Assembly: GCF_009914755.1 (NCBI RefSeq) | Contig: NC_060930.1 | DNA from: the human T2T-CHM13v2.0 reference genome, Homo sapiens | Direction: 5' to 3' (one strand) | Length of the DNA: 64,000 nt | Part shown: positions 42,100 through 56,076 of the stretch, in pieces | Layout of the letters: each line of letters starts with the position of its first letter | How positions within the stretch are numbered: position 1 is the stretch's first letter | Translations under genes and position numbers: made by a program | The notes under the pieces: model-generated | Databases searched by the model: none | The model's input: only the letters and a program-made list of their open reading frames with translations | Told to the model about the DNA's origin: nothing

Positions 42100-43450
42100 A
42101 TATATACATTAATGTCTTAGGAATAACCACTTTTTAAAAAATGGAAATACAACTTATAAATTCAAAACCAGCAGAGAAGGAAAAAATAGGTATAATGAAA
42201 ATTTTATCCATCTAACACAAAGCAATAGAGGAAAGAAGCAAAGAAAATATAATTACAAAACACAAAATAAGAAAATAACCCCAAACATATGAATATCTCA
42301 AAAATGTAAAAAAAACTAAACTCACCTAATAAAAAATATAGAGAAATTTGGAGGCTGGGTAAAAATACAAAATTTGCTACTCAGAACAGTAGAAAGTAAA
42401 AGGGTTGGGGGAAGGAAAACTATGTGTAACTGATAATATTGACTGGCTGACCCAATCCCCATCTACAGCCACTTTTTCACCAACCACCATCTGGCCAGAG
42501 GTGGCCATATGAAAAGTCCAATAGGATGTTCACAAAAAATCTGATGAGAAGAGATTCCTTTCCTAAATAAAAGACAAGGCATCATGACCTTTGGATCATG
42601 ACAAATCTACCCTATAGTGAGAGATTATATATCAAAATATTAGTAGAGATATTAAAAGTTTTAGTAACAAAACACACACACACACAAACACACACAAACA
42701 ATATCAGCATCCAATGAAGAATATATTGTCTTTTCAAGCAGACAGATTTTTTTTTCAACTGACCCTGTAATGGGTCACAAAGTAAGTTCAACCAACCTAA
42801 AAACATACATAACATGAAATCCATGTTCTCTAAAAAGAATATATATAAAAGTCAACAAAATAAAATAGTAAAAACAACTATGTTTGAAGACCAAAAAAAA
42901 AACACAGACGCACTTCCAATATTTAATGAATTAAGGAGTAAAATGAAAATAGAAATTACAAAAATATTTAGAACAGCTTAATAATGGAAGTATCACATAT
43001 CAAAATGTATTCATTGCTACAGTTAATATAGATTGCTTCTCTCAACATCCATTCTCAAACCCCTTCCACTTACTTTCCTCTACTATAAAGGCAAACGAGG
43101 GAGTAAGAGAGGGAGAAAAGCAAGCATTAACAAGACCAAAACCTAGTCTGCATAAACTAATGCAATAAATTGGTCAAGAAGGGGAGAAAAGGACAAAAAA
43201 TACTAAGAATCCAAAAAGGGGAAATAATTACAGCAGGAAAACAATTACTTTTAAATCACACACAAATATTTTTTAAAAATTTATATAATAAATAAATATA
43301 CAAGTAAAAAAGTATTGTTATTTTTTAGAAAATGTAATCATAAGTCATTCAAGCAGAAATAGAAAATCAGAATGAGACATTACCCATTAAAGAAAATGAA
43401 TCAATAAAAGAAGTCTATGTGAGTCCTCCCAAAGAAAACAGAAGCAAAAA
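42100..43450 (+). mobile_element. Old L1M fragments
   Basis: A-rich degenerate L1 ORF2-like motifs. Confidence 0.5.
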
Positions 43451-43490
43451 CTTCCAAGTTGTATCATTATATGACGTGAAAGAGTACACA

Positions 43491-43630
43491 TATGTCCTTT
43501 GTGTTAAGCTACCAGGGCAGGTGGAGAAATACCACTAAGTGGGGGCAGGGTCTGAGCTCAGACTCCTTAGGTGGGACCTGCTGTGGGGGTGGTTTTCAGG
43601 CCACTGAGGTAAAGTTCCAGAGGGGAGTAT
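43491..43630 (-). mobile_element. Inverted L1PB 5'UTR fragment
   Basis: Homologous to 34405-34590; overlaps the start of the + strand L1PB by 21 bp. Confidence 0.8.
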
Positions 43631-46600
43631 AACTGCCTCTGCTGTGCTGTGTTTTTAGTTTGAAATCCTCTACTATGATTTGTCACTTTTTCATTTTTAT
43701 TCATGCACTTATTTTCTACTCACTTATTAAATTACTTATTGGGCCAAGTGCTCTGCTGAGTTCTGAAGATACACATGAGCATATTATGTAGTGTAGAATA
43801 CAAATAAGTAAATATGGTATGGCAATACAGTATGCTAAATTTATATGATATGGGTTATGCAGGGTCCATTGGGAGCCAATTTGTGGGAGAGGTCTTTCTG
43901 GAAGTTATTGTCCAATACGTTATAAAGAATATATAGCTTAACACAAGGGACATAAACTTTTGGGAGCTTTATGGCCTTGCCCATCACCTAAGAAATCAGA
44001 ACACTTGTCCTGGCCAACTTAAAGCAAACTTAAAACTCACTGCTACTATCACAGCTGGTACTCCTCTTGCAAGTGCCACTTCCTGGCTGGAGGCCAACAA
44101 ACTCAGGCCATTACAGCACCTCACTGCAGTGTAACACTGTGCCTAGGAAGGAGAAAATGGCTGTGGGACTTCAGCTAACACCACTGCCTGCAACACCCTG
44201 GCTACCCAGAAGTCCTGAGTCTGTCCACATGACAAATCACTACAATTATAACCCACCTTCAAGAAAGCCAGCACATTAAGACTATCTACAATCAAGGAAT
44301 CAGAGAGTCTACATCTACCAGAGCAGGTGCTGGTATCCACTGCTGGGAGACTTGAAGACAGGTCACATCACTGAATCCTTTGCAGATATTCACAGCACCA
44401 GCCTGGAGCCTGGCAGCCCTACTGGGTGGCTAGACCCAGAAGAGCAATAACAATCACTGCAGTCCAGCTCTCAGGAAGTCCCATTCTTAGAGTAAGGAGG
44501 AGAGCACCACATCAAGGGAACACCCTGTGGGATGAAAGAATCTGAATGGCAGGCCTTGAGTCCCAGATCTTTCTGCTGGTGGGAAATTTCTTACATCACA
44601 AACATAATTGCAGTGCTGGGCACAGTAAGGAAAGTCTACCTCTCTATCCAATAGGCAGACAGCCTCTGTGATAATGGTCTTGGAGAAGGGATCCTTGGTC
44701 CCCCCGGTACATTACTGCAGACAAAACTGAGCCTTCTTTCATGGGAACGGAGCATGGATGCACCTACAGACAGCCTTCCTAGAACAATTCAGGGTGACTT
44801 CAGCCCCACGGGAGGAGCAAACTCCCCTCCCCCCATCCCCAGATTCAGGCCTGCACAAGAGGGAGAGTGACTATTACTCCCTACTTGAAACATCAACATT
44901 CCCACAGATGAAAAGAGGTGTGTGTCTGGTCTGAATAGCTGAACACTGGAACAGTTGTGAGGCTGTAAGGTGGATAGATTTCCTGCTGGCCTGGGAGGGA
45001 AGCTGAGGTAGCTCCTACCCTTTGCCCTAATAAAACCTCAGTACATCTAATTGAGAGCTCCCCCAGTCACCACCATCATGGCTGGGACCTCTGACCACTA
45101 TTGGGTATTACATCTACTCACCTGCCTTAGCTACAACTGGTGCATACCCAGGGGTGCCTCTCCTATTAACCTGAAGCCCAAATCCTCAGTAAATAAAATA
45201 CTGGAGAAAAATTAAATAAATAAATAAAGTGTACAACACAGGAGAATGAGATAAGCCTCAGGAGATCCCTGCCATTCCAGTCCTGCCGGAGACAGTGAAC
45301 TTGCCCACACACCAAGTATATAACTACTACAACTGGCATCTGGGAAAGACAGTGCACAAAGATTCTCCATAACTAAAGAAATCACACCGACTCTTCAACC
45401 TAAAAGCACGAAGAATTAAATTAGGCTAAAATGAACAATACACATTAAAGTCAGATCCTTAAGAGAAAAAAAATTTTTTTAATCCGATCAAAAATAAATT
45501 CAAAAAACAAGTTGAAGAAACAGTCTACCCAAATGAAAAAAGTAATTCTGGTAATTTGACATAAAAGGGTTCTGTAACACCCCCAAAAGGTCACAGTAGG
45601 CCCCAGCAATGGATCCAAACCAAGAAGAAATCTCTGAAATGCCAGGTAAATAATTCGGGAGGTTGACTATTAAGCTACTCAAGGAGATAACAGAGAAATG
45701 CAAAAAACAAGTTAAAGAAATTTAAAAAACAATTCAGTATATGAAAGAAAACTTTTCCAGAGAAATAGATATAATAAAGAAAAAAATCACAATTTCTGGA
45801 AATGAAAGACACACTGGGACATAAAAAATACACTGGAAAGTTTCAACAACAGACTAGAACAAGCAGAAGAAAGAATATGAGAGCTCAAAGAAAAGGTTTT
45901 CAAATTAACACAATCAGACAAAGACAAAGAAAAACTCTCCAAGAAATATGGGATTATGTAAAATGGCCAAACCTATGAATAACTGGTGTTCCTGGGGCAG
46001 AAGACAAGTCTAAAAGTTTGGAAAACTCATTTTAGGGAATAATTGAGGAAAAGAAGCTCAAAGAACACCTGGAAAATTCATTGGGAAAAGATCACCACCA
46101 AGGCACATAGTCATAAGGTTATCTAAAGTCAAGATGAAGGACAGAATCTTAAGAGCTCTGAGAAAAAAGCATCAGGTAACCTGTAAAAGAAAACCTATCA
46201 GACTAACAGTAGATTTCTCAGTAGAAACCTTACAAGCCAGAAGGAACTGGGGTCTTATTTATAGCCCCCTTAAGCAAAATAATTGTCAGCCAATAATTTT
46301 GTATCCAGCAAAACTAAGCTTCATAAATGAAAAACAGATAAAATCTTTTTCAGACAAACAAATGCTAATTAAATTTGCTACCACCAAACAAGCACTACAA
46401 GAAATGCTAAAAGGAGTTCTAAATCTTGAAATAAATCTTGATATACACCAAAATAGAACCTCCAAAGGCATAAATCTCACAGGGCTTATAAAACATAACA
46501 CAATGAAAAAAAAAAGTATCAAGGCAAAAACTAACATGATGAATAAAAAAGTACCTCACATCTCAATATTAATGTTGAAAGTAAATGGACTAAATGCTCC

Positions 46601-49235
46601 ACTTCAAAGAAACAGAGTAGGAGAATGGATAACCACCAGCAAAATATCTGCTGTCTTCAAGAGACTCACTTAACACATGACTCACATAAACTTGAGGTAA
46701 AGGGGTGAAAAAAGACATTCCACACAAATAGAAACCAAAACCAAGTAGAAGTAGCTATTCTTATATCAGATAAAACAGGCTTTAAAGCAAAAAAAAAAAA
46801 AAAAAAAAAAAAAGACAAAGAAGGACATTATACAATAATGGATTAGTACAACAGGAAGATATTAAAATCTTAAATTTATATGCACCTAACACTGGAGCTC
46901 CCACATTTATAAAACCATTACTACTAGACCTAAGAAATGAGATTGACAACAACACAGGAATATTGGGAGACTTTAATACTCCACTGACAGCACTAGACAG
47001 GTCATCAAGACAGAAAGTCAACAAAGAAAAAATGGACTTAAACTATACTCTACAACAAATGGACTTAACAGATATTTACAAAACATTCTACCCAACAACT
47101 GCAGAATATGCATTCTATTCATCAGCATATGGAACATTCCCCAAGATAGACCACACGATAAGCCACAAAACAAGTCTCAGCAAATTTAAGAAAATCAAAA
47201 TTATACCAAGTACTCTCTCAGACTGCAGTGGAATAAAATTGGAAATCAACTCCAAAAGGAACCCTCAAAACTATACAAATACATGGAAATTAAACAATCT
47301 TTTCTTGAATGATTTATAGTTTAACAAAATCAACATAGATATTAAAAAATCATTTGAAATAAATGATAATAGTGACACAACTTGTCAAAACGCCTGGGAT
47401 ACAACAAAAGCAGTGTTAAAAGGAAAGTTCATAGCATTAAATGCCTACATCAAAAAGTCTGAAAGAGCACAAATAGACAACCTAATGTCACACCTCAAGG
47501 AATTAGAGAGACAAGAACAAACTAAACCCAAACCCAGCAGAAGAAAAGATATAACCAAGATCAGAGGAGAATTAAATGAAATTGAAAGAAAAAAATACAA
47601 AAGATAAATGAAGGAAAAAGCTAGTTTTCTGAAAAGATAAAACTGATAACCATTAGCAAGATTAACCAAGAAAAAAGCAGATCCAAATAAGCTCAATTAG
47701 AAATAAAACTGGAGTTATTACAGACAATATCACAGAAATATAAAAGATCATTCAAGGCTACTATGAACACCTTTATGTGCACAAACTAGAAAATCTAGAG
47801 GAGATAAATAAATTTGTGGAAATATACAACCATCCTAGATTAAATTAAGAAGAAACAGAAACCCTGAACAGACCAATAACAGCAACAAGATTTAATCAGC
47901 AATTAAAAAAAACTGCCAACAGAAAAAAGTCCAGGACTAGATAAATTCATAGCTGAATTCTATCAGACATTCAAAGAGAAACAGTACCAATCCTACTGAA
48001 ACTATTCCAAAAGATAAAGAGAGAATCCTTCCTAAATCTATCTATGAAGTCAGTATCACCCTAATACCAAAACACAAAAGGACATAACATAAAAAGAAAA
48101 CTACAGACCAATATCTCTGATAAACACAGATGCAAAAAAATCCTCAAAATAATACTTGCTAATCAAATCTAACAACATATCAAATAGGTAATACACCATG
48201 ATCAAGATAGGTAATACATCATGATCACAATGTAGGGATGGTTTAACATACACACATCAGTAAATATGATATATCACATAAACGGAATTAAAAACAATAA
48301 AATTATTATTATTATTATTATCTCAATAAAAACAAAAAAAGCATGTGATAAAATCTAGCACCCCTTTAGATTAAAACCCTTAACAAAATAGGCATAGACA
48401 GGACTTACCTCAAAGTAATAAAAGCCATACAGAACAAACCCACAGCCAACATCATAGAGAATCGGAAAAAGTTGAAAGCATTCCCCCTGAGAGCTGAAAA
48501 AAGACAAGGATACCCACTTTCACCACTTCTATTTGACATAGCACTAGAAGTTCTAGCCAGAGCAATCACACAAGAAAAAGAAATAAAGGGCATCCAAACT
48601 AGAAAAGAGGAAGTCAAACTGTCACTTTCTGCTGATTATATGATCATATACCTCAAAAACTCTGAAGAGTCATCCAAAAAGCTCCCAGATCTGATAAATA
48701 AATTCATTCAAGATTCAGGATACAAAATCAAAGTACACAAATCAGTAGCACTGCTATACATCAGCAACAACCAAGCTGGGAATCAAATTAAAAACTAAAT
48801 CCCTTTTACAACAGCTAAAAAACAAAAACAAAAACCAAAACAAAACAAACTTTAGGAATATACTTAACCAAGGAAGTAAAGATCTCTACAAAAAAAAACT
48901 ACAAAACACTGTTGAAAGATATCACAGATGACACAAACAAATGAAAACACATCCCATGCTCATAGATGGGTAGAATCAATATTATGAAAATGACCATACT
49001 GCCAAAAGCAATCCACAGATTCAATGCAATTCCCATAAAAATACCACCATCATTCTTCACAAAACTAGAAAAAAAAATCTCAAAATTCATATGGAGCCAA
49101 TAAAGAGCCCACACAGCCAAAGCAAAACTAAGCAAAAAGAACAAATCTGAAGGCATCTCATTACCCACCTTCAAATTATTATACAAGGCTATAGTTACCA
49201 AAACTGCATGGTACTGGTATAAAAATAGGCAAGTA

Positions 49236-51843
49236 CGAATTCTACCAGAGATACAAAGAGAAGCTGGTACCATTCCTTCTGCAATATTCCAAACAATAGA
49301 AATAGAGGGACTCTTCCCTAACTCATTTTATGAGGCCAGCATCATCCTGATACCAAAACCTGGCAGAGACACAATAAAAAATGAAAATTTCAGGCCAATA
49401 TCCCTGATGAACATGGATGTGAAAATCCTCAATAAAATACTGACAAACCAAATCCAGCAGCATATCAAAAAGCTTATCCACCATGATCAAGTCGGCTTCA
49501 TTCCTGGGAAGCAAGGATGGTTCAACATATGCAAATAAATAAAAGTAATCCATCAAATAAACAGAACCAATGACAAAAATCACATGATTATCTCAACAGA
49601 TGCAGAAAAGGCCTTCGATAAAATTCAACACCCCTTTATGCTAAAAACTCTCAATAAACTAGGTATTGATGGAACATATCTCAAAATAATAAGAGCTATG
49701 TATGATAAACTTACAGCCAAGATCATACTGAATGGTCAAAAACTGGAAGCATTCCCTCTCAAAACTGGCACAAGACAAGGGTGGTCTCTCTCACCACTCC
49801 TACTGAACATAGTATTGGAAGTTCTGGCCAAAACAATCAGGCAAGAGAAAGAAATAAAAGGTATTCAAATAGAAAGAGAGGAAGTCAAACTTTCTCTGCA
49901 GATGACATGATTATATATTTAGAAAACTCCATCACCTCAGCCCAAAAACTCTTTAAGCTGATAAGCAACTTCAGCAAAGTCTCAGGATACAAAATCAACG
50001 TGCAAAAATCACAGGCATTCCTATACACCAATAATAGACAGAGAGTCAAATCATGAGTGAACTCCCATTCACAACTGCTGCGAGGAAAATAAAATACCTA
50101 GGAATACAACTTACAAAGGACATGAAGGACCTCTTCAGGGAGAGCTACAAACTACTACTCAAGGAAATAAGAGAGGAGACAAACAAATGGGAAAACATTC
50201 CATGCTCATGAATAGGAAGAATCAATATTGTGAAAATGGTCATACTGCCCAAAGTTATTTGATTCAATGCTATTCCCATCAAGCTACCATTGACTTTCCT
50301 CATAGAATTAAAAAAAAACTACTTTAAATTTCATATGGAACCAAAAAAGAGCCCACTTAGCCAAGACAATCCCAAGCAAAAAGAACAAAGCTGGAGGCAT
50401 CATGCTACCTGACTTCAAGCTATACTACAAGGCTATGATAACCAAAAGAGATATATAGACCAATGGAACAGAACAGAGGCCTCAGAGATAACACCACATA
50501 TCCATAACCATGTGATCTTCAACAAACCTGATAAAAACAAGCAATGGGGAAAGGATTCCCTACTTAATAAATGGTGCTGGGAAAACTAGTAGCAATATGC
50601 AGAAAACTGAAACTAGATGCCTCCCTTACACCTTATACAAAAATTAACTCAAGATGGATTAAAGACTTAAACATAAAATCTAAAACCATAAAAACTATAG
50701 AAGAAAACCTAGGCAATACCATTCAGGACATAGGCATGGGCAAAAACTTCATGACTAAAACACCAAAAGCAATTGCAGCAAAAGCCAAAATTGACAAATG
50801 GGATCTAATTAAACTACAGAGTTTCTGCAAAGCAAAAGAAACTATCATCAGAGTGAACAGGCAACCTACAGAATGGGAGAAAATTTTTGCCATCTATCCA
50901 TCTGACAAAGGTCTAATATCCAGAATCTATAAGCAACTTAAGGAAATTTACAAGAAAAAACAACCCCATCAAAAAGTGGGCAAAGGATATGAACAGACAC
51001 TTCTGAAAAGAAGACAGCCAACAAACATATGAAACATATTTATGCGGCCAAGAAACATATGAAAAAAAGTTCATCACCACTGGTCATTAGAGAAATGCAA
51101 ATCAAAACCACAGTGAGATACCATCTCATGCCAGTTAGAATGACAATCATTAAAAAGTCAGGAAAAAACAGGTGCTAGAGAGGATGTCGAGAAATAGGGA
51201 CGATTTTACACTGTTGGCGGGAGTGTAAATTAGTTCAACCATTGTAGAAGACAGTGTGACGATTCCTCAAGAATCTAGAACCAGAAATACCATTTGACCC
51301 CTCAATCCCATTACTGGGTATATACCCGAAGGATTATGAATCATTCTACTATAAAGACACATGCACACATATGTTTATTGCAGCATTGTTCACAATAACT
51401 AAGACTTGGAACTAATGCAAATGCCCATTAAAATGACAGACTGGATAAAGAAAATGTGGCACATACACAACATGAAATACAGCCATAAAATGAATGAGTT
51501 CATGTCCTTCGCAGGGAGATGGATGAAGCTGGAAACCATCATTCTCAGCAAACTAACACAGGAACAGAAAACCAAACACTGCATGTTCTCACTCATAAGT
51601 AGGAGTCAAACGATGAGAACACATGGACACAGGGAGGAGAATATCACACACCAGGGCCTCTCAGGGGGTGGAGAGCCAGGGGAGGGAGAGCATTAGGACA
51701 AATACCCAATATATGCAGGAATTACAACCTAGATGACGGGTTGATGGGTGCAGCAAACCACCATGGCACATGTATACCTATGTAACAAACCTGCATATTC
51801 TGCACATGTATCCCAGAACTTAATGTATAATAAATAAAAAAAT
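49236..51843 (+). mobile_element. 5'-truncated L1PA7/8-like element nested in L1PB ORF2
   Basis: Own 3'UTR and A tail; degenerate TSD aaaaataggcaagta / aaaaacagacatgta. Confidence 0.9.
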
Positions 51844-52532
51844 AAAAACAGACATGTAGACCAATGGAACAGAATAGAGAACCCAGAAATAAAGCCAAAT
51901 ACTTACAGCCAACTGATCTTCAACAAAGCATAAGAAAAAAACATTAATTGGGGAAAGGACATTATTTAATAAATGGTGCTGGGAAAACTGGCAAGCCACA
52001 TGTAGAAGAAAGAACCAGATCCTCATCTCTCACCTTATATAAAAATCAACACATGATGGATCAAAGACTTAATCTAAGACATGAAATCATAAAAATTCTA
52101 GAAGATAACATTGGAAAAACTCTTCTGGGCATTAGCTTAGGCAAAGAATTCATGACTAAGACCCCAAAAGCAATTGCAACAAAACCAAAAATAAATAAAT
52201 GGGACATAATTAAACTAAAGAGCTTCTGCACAGCAAAAAAAATAAGCGGAGTAACCACAACCCAATGTGGGAGAAAATATTCACAAACTATGCAATGTCT
52301 AACAAAGGACTAATTTCCAGAATCTACAAAGAAGCCAAAGAAATCAGCAAGAAAACAAAAAACAAATAATCTCATTAAAAAGTGGGCAAAGGACATGAAG
52401 AAACAATTCTCAAAACGTACAAACAGCCAACGAGCACTTGAAAAAAAATGTTCAACATCACTAATCATCAGGGAAATGCAAATTAAAACCACTTATTCCC
52501 GCAAGAAAAAAAGGCCGTAATTAAAAAGTCAA

Positions 52533-52818
52533 GGCCGGCACGGTGGCTCACGCCTGTAATCCCCGCACTTTGGGAGGCCGAGGCGGGCGGATCACGAGGT
52601 CAGAAGATCAAGACCATCCTGGCTAACATGGTGAAACCCCGTCTCTACTAAAAATACAAAAACATTAGCCGGGCGTGGTGGTGGGCGCCTGTAGTCCCAG
52701 CTCCTCAGGAGGCTGAGGCAGGAGAATGGCGTCAATCTGGGAGGCGGAGCTTTCAGTGAGCCGAGATCACTCCACTGCACTCCAGCCTGGGCGACAGAGC
52801 GAGATTCCGTCTCAAAAA
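52533..52818 (+). mobile_element. AluY
   Basis: Diagnostic gaccatcctggctaac and gagaatggcgt; CpG-rich; TSD aaaaagtcaa. Confidence 0.93.
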
Positions 52819-54426
52819 AAAAAGTCAAAAAAACAATAGATGTTGGTATGCATGTGGTGGGACACTTTTATACTGCTGGTGGGAATGTAAACTAGTACGA
52901 CCACTATTGAAAACAGTATGGAGATTCCTTAAAGAACTAAAAGTAGAACTACAATTTGATCCAGCAATCCCACTACTGGGTATCTCACTCAAAGGAAAAG
53001 AAGACATTATATGAAAAAGACATAGGCACAAGCATGTTTATAGGAGCACAATTCACAATTGCAAAGATATGAAACCAATCTAAGTGCCCATCAACCAACA
53101 AGTGAATAAAGAAAATGTGGTACATATATGCCATGGAATACTACTCAGTCATAAAAAAAAAAGGAAATAATGTCTTTTGCACCAAGTTGGATGGAGCTGG
53201 AGGCCGATTTTTCTAAGTTAAGTAACTCAGAAATAAAAATCCAAATGTCATATGTTCTCACTTATAAGTGGGAGCTAAGCTCTGAGGATGCAAAGGCATA
53301 AGCATGATATAATGGACTCTGCGGGTACAGAAGGAAAATTTGGAAGGAGGGTAAGGGATAAAAAATTACATATTGGGTACAGTGTACACTGCTTGAGTGA
53401 TGGATGCACAAAAAGCTCAGAAATCACCACTGAAGAATGCATCCATGTAACCAAAAGCACCTGTACCCCAAAAACTATTGAAATAAAAATTGAAATCACT
53501 ACTGAAATTAAAAATGAAAATTAATTATTAAAAAATGAGATCTAAAAATTACCTCAAAAATAAACTATAGAAATGCATTTTTGTCACCCTTTAATGCAAA
53601 AAACAAAGCAGCTCATTGTGTGACAACTATATTAGAAAATAAATTATAGAAAATGTTTAGGGAATTAACTATTTGTTGAACCATTATACTGTTAAGGAAA
53701 TGCAGAAGGCTTTTTGTTTGATTGTTTTGTAAGTTAAACTATACCTACCTTAAAAAAATTCAAATTCCACTTCAACATCTCTTTAACAAAGAATAGCCCT
53801 TCAAGTTCTCCCTAATTATTATCATTTTAGACTATGCCAATATTTGATTATAAAATAAGAACAGAACCCAGAAAAACATGTTGCCCGAGTTTAGTTCAAA
53901 AAATCTATTTTCCCCATTAATCTGACTCCATATCCTACTGATATCTGTAAAGAAACATGGAGACATATAAATTAAAATTTGATATAAATATTGATTTAAA
54001 TAATTTTCCAAAGCCAAAACCTAACTGAAATGTACTCCCACCACTTTTAGAAAAATAATATTTTAAATATAAATAGACTTCATTGGCATTTGAGAACATA
54101 TTATTTCTACTAAACTCTCCAGTTAACTTTCCAACTTTGGTATTTGGTAATTCTCCAAATTTTCTGGAAACACGATAATATCACATTTCCTAATCTAAGA
54201 TGTAAAAACAGAATGAAACAAGTATAATAAATATTGTTAGATTTTAAAAAGGTTATGAGTATTACATGATCTCTAAAGTTTTTCCAAACTAATTTTCCTT
54301 GAAGCTGTATATATACATTTACCATCCTGTAAAACATTTTTGCCATAGTATTCTATTACATTTTAATAATTTTAAATTTATTTCAGCAAATATAATAAAT
54401 GCATGACTTTCATCAATTGTACTTAC

Positions 54427-54509
54427 ATGTTTTGGGATTCCTGGCTTACTGAAGAAACAGAATCAGAACCCTCTACTGGAGTAGGAATTCTTTCTGATAG
54501 CAAACTTGT
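54427..54509 (-). CDS. TBC1D32: TBC1D32 coding exon, 83 nt ([28 protein letters not shown])
   Basis: attttttag|ACAAGT...AACAT|gtaagt; phase 0 to 2. Confidence 0.95.
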
Positions 54510-54537
54510 CTAAAAAATAGTAGAATAATTTATATTG

Positions 54538-54655
54538 CTTACTGATAGCACTAGCCATATATTTATATTTTATAATTATATTTATAATTATATTTTATAA
54601 TTATATTTATAATTATATTTTATAATTATATTTCTTACTGATAGCACTACCCATA
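54538..54655. repeat. Five TATAATTATA palindromes bracketed by a 22-bp direct repeat
   Basis: cttactgatagcacta(g/c)ccata at 54538-54559 and 54634-54655; units start at 54571, 54583, 54596, 54608, 54621. Confidence 0.93.
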
Positions 54656-55188
54656 AGATTTCTTATGTTGCATTTTTGTTTTATCCTTAATGTTATTAAA
54701 ATCAAAATTATCTTCAAATTTTAAATTATTTGGTTGTTAATGAAATATCATATAACATATTTTACAAATAAACCATATCAAATGGGGGGAAAAGACTTAG
54801 TTGTCCACTGATATACACATATATGGCTATTGCTACATTACGATCTCTAGTATCCACAACAAAAACCCAGCTGTCTCTAAAAATTACTTTAAAATAACTC
54901 CCAAAGAGTGTTAGTCTATGTAAGGAAAATTAACCTAAAGCCTCATCTACGAGAAGAAAAGAATCTGTAGTACCCATTTAAGTCTTAGAACTTTGTCCCA
55001 CTGGGAAAGGAGATACTGCAGTCATCCTGTGCCAAATTAAGATGCATTATGTCCCCTAGAGTACTGTGATGCTAAAGAAGTCATATTTGCCCCAGTTAAA
55101 TATTTCATCCAAAGTACAACACTATAATGGTGCTTATATTTGAAATAAAGATTTGCAGGGAGAAAAAACGAAGCTTGAAAATACTTAC

Positions 55189-55390
55189 CTTTTTCCATGC
55201 CTTTGCTATAGATTCATGCAAATTATAAGTGATTAACACCTGCAAACCTTCACATGTACTATATATGTGACGACACACAGAAATAAAAGCTCCTTTAACC
55301 ACAGGCAACATTTCTGATCCAGAAAATACAGAAATATCTTCATCGAGAAGTTTTTTCGAAAACTGGGCAATTATATGAGCACCTGTAGGA
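55189..55390 (-). CDS. TBC1D32: TBC1D32 coding exon, 202 nt ([68 protein letters not shown])
   Basis: catcttttag|TCCTACA...AAAAAG|gtaagt; overlaps ORF 55105..55311. The acceptor was chosen among three nearby AGs using the recalled protein (..ESPTGAH..), because the upstream exon is outside the window. Confidence 0.93.
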
Positions 55391-55782
55391 CTAAAAGATG
55401 ATACCTGAAAGTGATTCCAAGGTTATATTAATCTTGACTTCATAAAGCTCTACCAAAAAGGCTAGTCTTGTCACAAAAACTTAGTCCTCCTCTAACTTTT
55501 CTCAGACATGTCAATATTCACGTTCCCACCCATGCACAGATGTCTAGTAATGAGAACAGTTTCCGTGGGATGGAAGGAAAAAAATACAGAGACAGGGAAA
55601 AAGCAGGAAAACTTTACAATGAAAAGATTATAGACGCATTGAGACCACAGCCATGTAGATAAGTATTGTCAATTCTACAGTGAAAACATAATCCTAAATG
55701 CTCCATTCCTAGCACTTATTGACACATTCCCCATCCCATTAACAGGACTTAGTTCCCCTATATCAAAGGCTGAGAAACTTTT

Positions 55783-56076
55783 TTTTTTCTTTTTTTTTTT
55801 GAGATGGAGTGTCCTCTGTCAACCAGACTGGAGTGCAATGGCGCGGTCTTGGCTCACTCTGCCTGCTGGGTTCAAGCGATTCTCCTGCCTCAGCCTCCTG
55901 AGTAGCTGGGATTACAGGGGCATGCTACCATGCCTGGCTAATTTTTGTACTTTTTTAGTAGAGATGGGGTTTCACCATATTGGCCAGACTGGTCTCGAAC
56001 TCCTGACCTCAGGTGATAAACCCGCCTCAGCCTCCCAAAGTGCTGGGATTACAGGTGTGAGCCACCATGCCCGGCC
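55783..56076 (-). mobile_element. AluS
   Basis: TSD ggctgagaaactttt / ggctgagacactttt. Confidence 0.95.

Larger units (their letters stand above)
43934..53535 (+). mobile_element. Near full-length L1PB interrupted by an L1PA and an AluY
   Basis: ORF1 remnant 46134..46673, EN motif GDFNTPL (46963..47319), RT remnant 48472..48798, L1PB 3'UTR 53230-53490. Confidence 0.92.

Noticed and set aside
48184-48227. 23-bp tandem duplication in L1PB (similar small ones at ~51017-51065, ~11457 and ~11782)
   Set aside because: Ordinary slippage-type duplications in neutral sequence.
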